Shown: positions 56,587 to 64,000 of the stretch, one piece after another
Numbering within the stretch: position 1 is the stretch's first letter
Layout of the letters: each line of letters starts with the position of its first letter
DNA from: an uncultured Clostridia bacterium
GTDB lineage: Bacteria > Bacillota > Clostridia > Christensenellales > UBA1242
Assembly: GCA_944332185.1 (NCBI GenBank)
Contig: CALVJJ010000005.1
Span: 438-64,437 of the forward strand
Direction: 5' to 3'
Length of the DNA stretch: 64,000 bases
Translations under genes and position numbers: made by a program
The notes under the pieces: model-generated
What the model was told of the DNA's origin: nothing
The model's database searches: none
The model's input: the letters and a program-made list of their open reading frames with translations, nothing else

Positions 56587-59500
56587 TTATTTTTTTGATG
56601 TTTTAGATTTTTTTGAAGATTTTTTACCTTTTTTACCAGTGACTGCAAAGTAAATAATGACACCTGCAAGTAGTCCTAAAGATAGAACGATTAAGACTGT
56701 ACCTACTACAGTACCTACGACATTCACATTGCCTTCTGTATCTTCTGTACAGTTGATGGTATAGGTGTATTGTTTGCTATTGCCCACTTCATCTTTAACT
56801 GTTAACGTAAGTGTATAAGTTCCTACTTTATCTAGTGTATAACTATATTTGTTCTTCACAGTAACATCGGAAGCACTATTTTCACTTTCTAATTCGTTTG
56901 TCAAAGAGGTATTACTGCTATTTCTCAAGACTGCAGTTACTTTGATATTTTCTGCATCTGTTCGATTATCATACAAGAATTGTACCAAATCTGCTGTATC
57001 TAATGTGAATTTTTCGTTAAGTTTTACAGTGCTTGGAATGTATTTTTCTTGTGTTTTTGTATCTGTAAAAGTCAAAGTTGGATCTTCATAATCCCCAATA
57101 TAAATTGTAAGTTTTACAGTTTCTGCAGCATTACCATTGGTATCCTTTGCATTGTAAGAGACGGTATAACTATCATCTTTTGTTGCGAAGAAATAATAAC
57201 TACCATCTTCTGCTTGTGTGACTTCAAAATTGTCTCCATCAGAATTGACAACTGTTACTTTTTTAGAAGCTACCAAAGAATCATAATCTTGTTCGTATGG
57301 ATCGGTAACTGTGAATCCAGGAAGTTCGATCTTCATAGTGTCTTTTTCATCATCAGCTTTAAAAGCATTGTAGTATTCTTGATATCCACTATCTAATGTA
57401 ATAGTTGGAACAGATTTGTCTTCTGCTTTGACACTGACAATCTTTGTTACTTTTTCACTATCTGCACTACGTTGTCCAGTGTATTCAATATAGTATACCC
57501 CTGACTCTTTTGGAATGAATCCAGCAGGAGTTCCATCTTCACCCATGATCAAAGTATAAGTTAGTACCTTATTAGCTTGTTCCCAATTAGATACTGCTTG
57601 ATCATATTCAGCTTGATATTGATCTAGATTGCTACTAGTTCCATAAACTTCTTGTACATAGTTAGCTAAACTGGTCAAATATTCTGGTTTTTGAGCTTGA
57701 TAGATAGCCCAAGATGTTGTAGCTTGTGAAGAATCATCTTCTCCCTTTAATGGAATATCTACCCCATCTTCACTAAGTCTTGCTTTTTCTGGATAGTAAG
57801 CTTGGTTGACTTGAATACTTGTACTTAAACTATCAATATTGGAAAGTACCAATTCTGGTAATTGTGTATTATTGATAGTTACTTTGTAAGATTTTGCCAA
57901 ATAATTACCATTATTTTTTGCAATATAAGTAATAGTATACTCCCCTGCATACGTTGCCTTAAAGTAAGCGCCTTCTAGCATTGTTACTTTTGTCACGCCA
58001 TCATTAGAAGAAGCACTATATCCATTGAATACAGTTGTGATATTGTTGTTTTTATCTCTTACAACAATCTCTAAACTTAAGTTGTTGCCAAGAGTATCTT
58101 CTACAGTCATTGCTGGAAGTTTTACGTTTTGACCTTGATCAATTCCATCACTTTCTGTAGTATTGTTTAAAGTATACAAATTATCAAGATAAGAATTAGC
58201 TGTAGTTAGATCAAATCCTAATTCATTGCCTGCATTTTGACCATTAAGCACATTGATGACACGTTTTACAGTCTTGGTATTGCCTTGATCGTTGGTAGCA
58301 TTCACAACTACAGTTACTTTTCTAGCTGTTGCTAAAACATCTTTTTCGATCACATATTGTCCATCTGTATTGACTGTTAGTTCTCTTTGTGTTGGATCAT
58401 CGTTAAGCAAATAGTAAGTTTCTAGTTTTACTCTTGCATCATAACTATCTTTTGCAGTAGGTTTATCAAAGACTAGATCAGCATTGGCATCAATATAGTC
58501 TTTAGACAAAGTAAGACTAACAGAAGGAGTAGCTTTTTGTACTTTATCTGTATACTCACTATCACCAGCTTGATATACTTGCACAGTAAAAGATCTTTCT
58601 GTTACATTACCATTTTGATCTTCCACAGAATAAATAATGGTATATTCCCCTGCTTCTTTGATCTCATTGAATGCTAATGTTTCATTATACTTGTGAGCAC
58701 TTTCTGTGTTAGTAGAATTAAAGATGGTCTTTCTAGTATTGTTGCTAGATTTTCTATAATCAATCTTATAGATAAGTTCTGAAGAATTGGTCATATTATC
58801 TCTTGCATAGATAGCTGGCAAAGTAATATTAGCAGCATTACTTTCTCCATCTAATACGACAGTGCTAGGAATATCATATTCTACTTGAGTCAACAATTCA
58901 TCAATTTCTTCATCTGTAAGATGTTCATATTGATCTTTGTTTGCTTCATTTAGAGTATATCCACTTACCACATACAATTCTGGTTTTTTATTATCTGTTA
59001 CGTTATCAATACGGAAAGAATTGGTCACTGGTTCCAATCCAAACAAATCAAGATTTACGGTATACGTAATACGATAATCTCCTGCATTGGTAAATAGATC
59101 GGTATCAAAAGTATCAATGGTTCCTAGTGTTGTATACCCACTGGCATTACGTTCTTTGTAATCAATCTTGATTGTCGTATAGGCATTCATGGTAGAACCA
59201 CTTGTTTTATCTTTTACCGTTACAGTTGGTAAGGTATTTTCTTCACCCAATACAATGCTTGTAGCTGTTGGTAAAGAACTATTATAAGACATTTGAAGTT
59301 GGATCTTATCTGTATCCAAATTATTGCTGGTTGTGAATCGTGTTGTTTCTGTATCTTTAATGACACGAGTATCACTATCTTTCCCTTCATAGTACTTATA
59401 GTGAATAATGTAAGTACCTTGTTTTACAAGAAGTGAAGATGGCACTGCTACATAGAATTTGCCATTAGCATCTACTTCTGGTTTAGAGGTAGCAGAGTCT

Positions 59501-60156
59501 AATAATGGTGTCTTCTCTCCATCTTTATCTTCCAACACAATTTCAAGGCTGGTATCAGCACTAGCATTTGCTACAACTTCTCCTTCTTCGACTGTAAACA
59601 AAGTTTGTTCTTCATCTCCTTTCTTTACAGTAGGAACTTCAATTTTCAAATTTTCTTGGTTCACATGAATGGTAGAAGGAATGACATATTGTGTATTAGT
59701 TGGTTTTACAATTTCATAGCTACTAGAAGTTACATTGATAGTAAGTTGTTCACTATTGGTGGTCATTCCTTGGCTATTCTTTGCCGTATAGTACAAGGTA
59801 TAAACCCCTGAATATTGTAATTGTAATTTCCCTTGTTCATTACCTGTATATCCATTCGTACCACTAGTAATAACAGCATCTTTTACTTCATAGACACCAC
59901 GTGGATTTAGGACATTTAATGTAATGGTAGTACCACCATTCCCTGCTGTAGCAGTAGGCAAAGTATATTCTTCACCGACTTCTGCATTAGATACAAAACC
60001 AGCAAGTTTTAGATCATCACCCATGGTTGCACTAACAGATGTTGTTTGGTAAGCAGCTTCTACAAAAACATCTCTTACATAAGATTCAGAAGCAATAGCT
60101 CCTGTCCCTAAAACAGATGCAAGTAATACAGGTATCAAAATTTTTTTAGTCTTCAT
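56587..60156 (-). CDS. Giant surface protein with about nine Ig-like (DUF5011/HYR-type) repeats, C-terminal TM anchor and polybasic tail
   Basis: 1189 aa. It has a signal peptide MKTKKILIPVLLASVLGTGAIA. The repeat signature G.Y.I.Y.A.D..GN....V.V recurs (for example GEYTIIYSVEDQNGNVTERSFTVQV and DSYTVSYNAKDTNGNAAETVKLTIYI). A TM helix VVGTVLIVLSLGLLAGVIIYFAV is followed by GKKGKKSSKKSKTSKK. Confidence 0.8.
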   Translation of the reverse strand: MKTKKILIPVLLASVLGTGAIASESYVRDVFVEAAYQTTSVSATMGDDLKLAGFVSNAEVGEEYTLPTATAGNGGTTITLNVLNPRGVYEVKDAVITSGTNGYTGNEQGKLQLQYSGVYTLYYTAKNSQGMTTNSEQLTINVTSSSYEIVKPTNTQYVIPSTIHVNQENLKIEVPTVKKGDEEQTLFTVEEGEVVANASADTSLEIVLEDKDGEKTPLLDSATSKPEVDANGKFYVAVPSSLLVKQGTYIIHYKYYEGKDSDTRVIKDTETTRFTTSNNLDTDKIQLQMSYNSSLPTATSIVLGEENTLPTVTVKDKTSGSTMNAYTTIKIDYKERNASGYTTLGTIDTFDTDLFTNAGDYRITYTVNLDLFGLEPVTNSFRIDNVTDNKKPELYVVSGYTLNEANKDQYEHLTDEEIDELLTQVEYDIPSTVVLDGESNAANITLPAIYARDNMTNSSELIYKIDYRKSSNNTRKTIFNSTNTESAHKYNETLAFNEIKEAGEYTIIYSVEDQNGNVTERSFTVQVYQAGDSEYTDKVQKATPSVSLTLSKDYIDANADLVFDKPTAKDSYDARVKLETYYLLNDDPTQRELTVNTDGQYVIEKDVLATARKVTVVVNATNDQGNTKTVKRVINVLNGQNAGNELGFDLTTANSYLDNLYTLNNTTESDGIDQGQNVKLPAMTVEDTLGNNLSLEIVVRDKNNNITTVFNGYSASSNDGVTKVTMLEGAYFKATYAGEYTITYIAKNNGNYLAKSYKVTINNTQLPELVLSNIDSLSTSIQVNQAYYPEKARLSEDGVDIPLKGEDDSSQATTSWAIYQAQKPEYLTSLANYVQEVYGTSSNLDQYQAEYDQAVSNWEQANKVLTYTLIMGEDGTPAGFIPKESGVYYIEYTGQRSADSEKVTKIVSVKAEDKSVPTITLDSGYQEYYNAFKADDEKDTMKIELPGFTVTDPYEQDYDSLVASKKVTVVNSDGDNFEVTQAEDGSYYFFATKDDSYTVSYNAKDTNGNAAETVKLTIYIGDYEDPTLTFTDTKTQEKYIPSTVKLNEKFTLDTADLVQFLYDNRTDAENIKVTAVLRNSSNTSLTNELESENSASDVTVKNKYSYTLDKVGTYTLTLTVKDEVGNSKQYTYTINCTEDTEGNVNVVGTVVGTVLIVLSLGLLAGVIIYFAVTGKKGKKSSKKSKTSKK

Positions 60157-60420
60157 AAAAACATCGTACTCCCTTTATATTGATAAAATTGATTGCTCAA
60201 TTCTTCTGCAAAATTAGAAAAATAATCTAACTACGCATATTTGACAAATTCATTGTATAATAATGAAATATTTTTGTCAACAAAATAGCATAGTTTTCTA
60301 GATTTTCAACAACTTTTTGCAGATAGGTTCAAGAGTACTTTACCCAAAAATTTCCAATATATGTAAATTTTTTTACCAAATTTTTACAAATTTTGAAACC
60401 AAATAGACTTTACTTGCATA

Positions 60421-60448
60421 TAAAAAGAACAAGGGGTTGCCTTGTTCT
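60421..60448 (-). terminator. Rho-independent terminator of the Cys-rich peptide gene
   Basis: Stem GAACAAGG (60427-60434) pairs with CCTTGTTC (60440-60447). A T5 run follows on the minus strand. Confidence 0.65.
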
Positions 60449-60465
60449 AAATAGTAGTGCTAATT

Positions 60466-60660
60466 TTAATGGCAATGGTTATCACCGCAACCACAACCAA
60501 AGCATTGCAATAATAATAGTAACCAAATGATGTCGCAGCAGTTGTTACCCATATTTAAGCCACAGCCACCATTACAAAGTAATAATAATAAGATAATTAA
60601 GCAGCAATTATCATTTCCTTGCATAATGCCACCATTGCAGTTGTTATTTCCGAAAAACAT
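60466..60660 (-). CDS. 64-aa cysteine-rich peptide with two poly-Leu hydrophobic cores (YjcZ-like tiny sporulation peptide theme)
   Basis: An ATG at 60658-60660 has a perfect AGGAGG 9 nt upstream. The gene has its own terminator. The product MFFGNNNCNGGIMQGNDNCCLIILLLLLCNGGCGLNMGNNCCDIIWLLLLLQCFGCGCGDNHCH has 11 Cys and an internal two-fold repeat. Confidence 0.65.
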   Translation of the reverse strand: MFFGNNNCNGGIMQGNDNCCLIILLLLLCNGGCGLNMGNNCCDIIWLLLLLQCFGCGCGDNHCH

Positions 60661-60758
60661 TGACAACTACCTCCTATATGTAGTATTTTCAGTCTAATTT
60701 CTCGCCGAAATAAAATTAGGCTGTTATACTTCATACTATTAAGGAAGAAGCAAAAATG

Positions 60759-62360
60759 TTACTTTTTTGATGTATTTTGATAAAAATGTAAAGCATCAAT
60801 CGATGTAACAATTTTTTCTTTTAACTGATCAATACCTGTGCCATTTTTTGCCGAAATATAAATGGCATCTTTTTGTTTTTCATATTCTTTTACTTTATCG
60901 ATTTTATTAAAAATTCGAATAATTGGGGCTTTTGCACCAATGGAATGCAACACATTCAGTACCACTTCTTCTTGTTTTTGTTGATCTGGATTGCTTAGGT
61001 CCATGACGTGCAACAAAACATCTGCATAGACTGTTTCTTCCAAAGTACTAGAAAAAGCATCAATGAATTCATGAGGAAGTTTGTGAATAAATCCAACGGT
61101 ATCGACAAGTAATATTTCATGATCTTTGTCAATATAAAATTGTCTTGTGGTCGTGTCCAGTGTCGCAAACAATTCATCTTTTGCATATACATTAGCTTTG
61201 GTCAACAAATTGAGTAATGTGCTTTTTCCACTATTCGTATACCCTACAATAGCCACTGTAATCTTTTGATTTTTTTGACGTTGACTGCGTGTCAATTCTC
61301 TCTGTTTTTTGACTTTAGCCAGTTCTAACGTCTTCTTTTGAATATTTTTTTCAATAACACGTCTATCCAGTTCGAGTTTTGTTTCCCCGGGACCACGCAT
61401 ACCTACACCCCCACCAAAACGGCCACTTGTCCCAACAATTCCAGATAGTCTTGGTAAGGTGTATTTTAGTTGTGCCAACTCTACTTGTAGTTTTCCTTCG
61501 CTTGTTCTCGCTCTACCTGCAAATATATCTAGGATCAATCGACTTCGATCAATAACTTTGACACCCAAATAGGTTTCCAATGCATTTTGTTTGCTACCAG
61601 ATAGTTCGTTATCGAATATCACAATATCAGCACGATGATTTTGTACGGATTGTTTGATTTCTTCTACCTTTCCTTCTCCAATAAAATATTTTGCATCAGG
61701 TTTTGCCCTTTTTTGCCATAAAATATCTACGGTTTTAATATGATTGGTTTCTGCTAAACTTTTTAATTCTTCCAAAGACTTTACAATATCATCTTTTCCC
61801 AGTTCCACACCTACCAAAACAGCTCTACTTTCTGCTTCTTCTTGGTATGTAAAACGATCCACACTGTCTTTGTATAATTGATCATAATAATATAGTTTTT
61901 CCATGATGCCGTATTTGTTCAAAAATCTTGCATCATCAACTTTCATTCTTTCTTCCCCTTCTCCATGAATAAAGGCAACTTCAGCTTGATTGACACCAAG
62001 TTTGTCCACAGAGATAGCAATGATACAATCTAACAAATTACGATGCAAACAAGATAGATCCAAACTACTTAACGTACAACTTGTATTAGGGTGCGTATGA
62101 ATAAGCCTAATGCCAGACAAACGATCTTTTGTTTCTATTGCTGGCACAATAGCCGAATGATCATCTCCTAATTCAATATCTACCACTTGCCCTTTTCTAT
62201 TGATTAGAACAACTATTTCTTTATCGATCGCATAACTAATCTTACCGATTGTCATCAAAAGACTTTCTTCAATCACTTTGTCTTTATCAAAAATTTGACT
62301 AATATACTTTTCTAATTCCAGTTTGTATTCTTTTTTAATTTCCCAATTTTTTTGCAACAT
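60759..62360 (-). CDS. hflX: GTPase HflX with an N-terminal JAB/MPN-like domain
   Basis: 533 aa. From about residue 176 it shows the canonical HflX N-domain (RAVLVGV..., LILDIFAGRARTSEGKLQVELAQLKYTLPRL). G motifs are GYTNSGKSTL, DTVGF and NKID. Residues 1-170 are an extra domain containing HTHPNTSCTLSSLD. AGGTGA lies upstream of the first ATG. Confidence 0.88.
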   Translation of the reverse strand: MLQKNWEIKKEYKLELEKYISQIFDKDKVIEESLLMTIGKISYAIDKEIVVLINRKGQVVDIELGDDHSAIVPAIETKDRLSGIRLIHTHPNTSCTLSSLDLSCLHRNLLDCIIAISVDKLGVNQAEVAFIHGEGEERMKVDDARFLNKYGIMEKLYYYDQLYKDSVDRFTYQEEAESRAVLVGVELGKDDIVKSLEELKSLAETNHIKTVDILWQKRAKPDAKYFIGEGKVEEIKQSVQNHRADIVIFDNELSGSKQNALETYLGVKVIDRSRLILDIFAGRARTSEGKLQVELAQLKYTLPRLSGIVGTSGRFGGGVGMRGPGETKLELDRRVIEKNIQKKTLELAKVKKQRELTRSQRQKNQKITVAIVGYTNSGKSTLLNLLTKANVYAKDELFATLDTTTRQFYIDKDHEILLVDTVGFIHKLPHEFIDAFSSTLEETVYADVLLHVMDLSNPDQQKQEEVVLNVLHSIGAKAPIIRIFNKIDKVKEYEKQKDAIYISAKNGTGIDQLKEKIVTSIDALHFYQNTSKK

Positions 62361-62449
62361 ATTCTCACCTTATTTGATGTTTGTAGTACTTCTTACCACA
62401 CATAAGATCTTCCTTATTATACCACAAACCATAAAAAAAAGCACGCAAT

Positions 62450-63124
62450 TTAATTGCTTGCTACAATTTCTCCTGTCGAATAATCTAATAAATACGCCAA
62501 TCGATTTTGTTTTGTATCAATGATAGAAACATACCAATAATACCCCTGATTTTGTGTTTCAATATCTTTGGTCATTTTGATATATATCTCAGCTTGCAAT
62601 GTTCCATTTTTCAACATACTATCAAAATCCTTTTTCTTTTCTTTTGCGACAATCTTTAGTGCTTCTTCAGCCTGAATGGTCCAATTCTGTGTCACACATT
62701 GCAAAGTCACTTCTTTTTGTATGTCGCCGACAATAATTTTTGCAATCAATTTTTGATCTGGATCTACTTGTTGTTTTATATCAGCCACAAATGTTTGATC
62801 AAACGGATTATATGTCAAATTCCCATCTGTCCTTCTTGTCCCAATAATTAAAATATACTGTGCCTCATCTTCGGCAGTAAAGGATTGTAATTCAAAATCA
62901 AAAGATAACACACCAAAATCTACCAATTCTGTATTTTTTCCATCTACTACGTAGTCTTTTTCTCTTTGCCCGCTTAGGAATTGTACGGTAATTTCTTCAT
63001 CTTGATATAAAAATAATTGTTTTCTTATTTCACTAATATGTTTTGTCATTTCTACATACGTTGTGTCCTCACACCCACATAATAAAAAACAACAGCAACA
63101 TAACACAAAAAAAATTCTTTTCAT
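62450..63124 (-). CDS. Putative lipoprotein (unknown function)
   Basis: 224 aa. The signal MKRIFFVLCCCCFLLCGC has a lipobox-like LCGC. Confidence 0.55.
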   Translation of the reverse strand: MKRIFFVLCCCCFLLCGCEDTTYVEMTKHISEIRKQLFLYQDEEITVQFLSGQREKDYVVDGKNTELVDFGVLSFDFELQSFTAEDEAQYILIIGTRRTDGNLTYNPFDQTFVADIKQQVDPDQKLIAKIIVGDIQKEVTLQCVTQNWTIQAEEALKIVAKEKKKDFDSMLKNGTLQAEIYIKMTKDIETQNQGYYWYVSIIDTKQNRLAYLLDYSTGEIVASN

Positions 63125-63171
63125 ACTTTCTCCTTACCCATAACGTATGAAAAGAATATTTTATTTAGAAC

Positions 63172-63600
63172 TTATTTGCTAATTTCTTCTAATCTAGCAA
63201 TATGTCGACCACCTTCAAAATCTGTAGATAAAAAGGTGTGAATAATGCGTTTTGCTTTCCCAAATGACACATAATTAGCCGGCATCACAAGAACATTGGC
63301 ATTGTTATGTTTTCGGCCAAAATAGGCGTATTTTGGGTGATCACATAGTACTGCGCGAATGTGCTTATTGCGGTTAGCCCCCATCGCTGTTCCTAGTCCT
63401 GTTCCACACAAATAGATACCAATATTTTTTTCATTTTGTGCCACAATATCATTGGCCTTTAATGTGTAGGTTGCATAGCTATCCGTTGGATCAAACGAAT
63501 TTGCCCCTACGCTAATATATTCCAAACCCAATTTTTCAAGATATTTTTTTATTTTTTGCATTAGATCATACCCTCTATGATCAGTTGATAATACGATCAT
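63172..63600 (-). CDS. rpiB: Ribose-5-phosphate isomerase B (RpiB/LacAB family)
   Basis: 142 aa. It contains DHRGYDL, LCGTGLGTAMGANR and the C-terminal FEGGRHIARL. It follows an LMW phosphatase gene, as in the Bacillus ywlE-ywlF arrangement. Confidence 0.88.
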   Translation of the reverse strand: MIVLSTDHRGYDLMQKIKKYLEKLGLEYISVGANSFDPTDSYATYTLKANDIVAQNEKNIGIYLCGTGLGTAMGANRNKHIRAVLCDHPKYAYFGRKHNNANVLVMPANYVSFGKAKRIIHTFLSTDFEGGRHIARLEEISK

Positions 63601-63601
63601 C

Positions 63602-64000
63602 TTACCACCTCAACTTTCCTTCCTTAATATATTGCACAATTTCATCAGCAATATAATCCATTTGATCATAACATTTGCGATACACTTCTAAATCTTGTCC
63701 ATAAGGATCTAAGATATTGCACCCGTGTTCAAAATCATTTAAAGATATGACTTTTTCTACATTTTTCAAAATATGTTTATGAGTATCAGTCACCGTTAAG
63801 AGTAATGTATTATGATCTACCATATTAGATTTTATTTGTTTTGCCTTACGTTTTCCAATTCTCAACCCGTGTTCATTGATGACTTTTTTGCTATTTGGAC
63901 TAATAGTCAAACCTTCTTTGACATATACCCCGGCAGAATCTACCTTAATGTTGGTAATCGCATTGTCTTTCAATTTTTTTCGTAATATGACTTCCAACAT
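63602..64000 (-). CDS. Low-molecular-weight protein (Tyr/Arg) phosphatase, 5' end outside the window
   Basis: The ORF runs to the window edge. The product ...MLEVILRKKL...DSAGV...ILDPYG... corresponds to an LMW-PTP downstream of the CxxxxxRS P-loop. The apparent ATG at the edge is the conserved Met of CRSPMAE, so the true start is beyond base 64000. Confidence 0.7.
   Translation of the reverse strand: MLEVILRKKLKDNAITNIKVDSAGVYVKEGLTISPNSKKVINEHGLRIGKRKAKQIKSNMVDHNTLLLTVTDTHKHILKNVEKVISLNDFEHGCNILDPYGQDLEVYRKCYDQMDYIADEIVQYIKEGKLRW

Noticed and set aside
60466-60666. Cys-rich peptide as a RiPP, lanthipeptide or bacteriocin precursor.
   Set aside because: No modification enzyme, leader-peptidase or ABC exporter, or immunity gene lies nearby (the neighbours are hflX and the giant surface protein). 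There is no recognisable leader or double-glycine site. The two poly-Leu cores look like membrane segments rather than a core peptide. It is kept as a finding, but under a structural or sporulation-peptide hypothesis.

Overview
AT-rich (about one-third GC by eye) chromosomal segment from a low-GC Gram-positive bacterium (Bacillota). It uses the standard genetic code, with TGA as a stop. Gene content suggests a spore-forming Clostridia/Erysipelotrichia-type organism: SpoVB/MurJ-like flippase, PdaB-like deacetylase, DUF421+DUF4363 pair, LysM protein and a Cys-rich tiny hydrophobic peptide. Most of the window is core housekeeping, largely on the minus strand. It includes rnj-trmR-U32 (tRNA ho5U/mo5U) and a topoisomerase IV-like parE-parC pair. 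It also includes murG, a tsaE-tsaB-rimI-hydrolase-MurF-like-ddl string, pdp, obg, nth, yhbY, a cysteine desulfurase and a Ppx/GppA phosphatase. The right half carries a ferredoxin, uvrB-uvrA, hflX, rpiB, an LMW phosphatase and two tRNA-Leu genes. The clearest accessory element lies at about 4.5-16.3 kb. It is a compact, translationally coupled phage-derived module: ArpU/sigma-r4-like regulator, large terminase, portal, scaffold, major capsid, five ORFs of unrecognisable family, a BhlA/UviB-like peptide and a holin. No integrase, replication, lysogeny-control, tape-measure or endolysin gene is visible, and core genes flank it directly. Other points worth a second look are listed here. (1) A MurF-like ligase has its N-terminal domain replaced by about five TM helices. 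(2) HflX is fused to an N-terminal JAB/MPN+ domain with an intact HxHx7SxxD motif. (3) A 64-aa Cys-rich peptide gene stands alone. (4) Two paralogous winged-helix+TM proteins sit in tandem. (5) A TSUP transporter is split into two half-size genes. (6) Several very large surface proteins are anchored by a C-terminal TM helix rather than LPXTG. I saw no CRISPR array, rRNA, transposase or recognisable defence system. All calls rest on reading the ORF translations and the DNA by eye. No searches were run, so family assignments are motif-level recognitions, not database hits.
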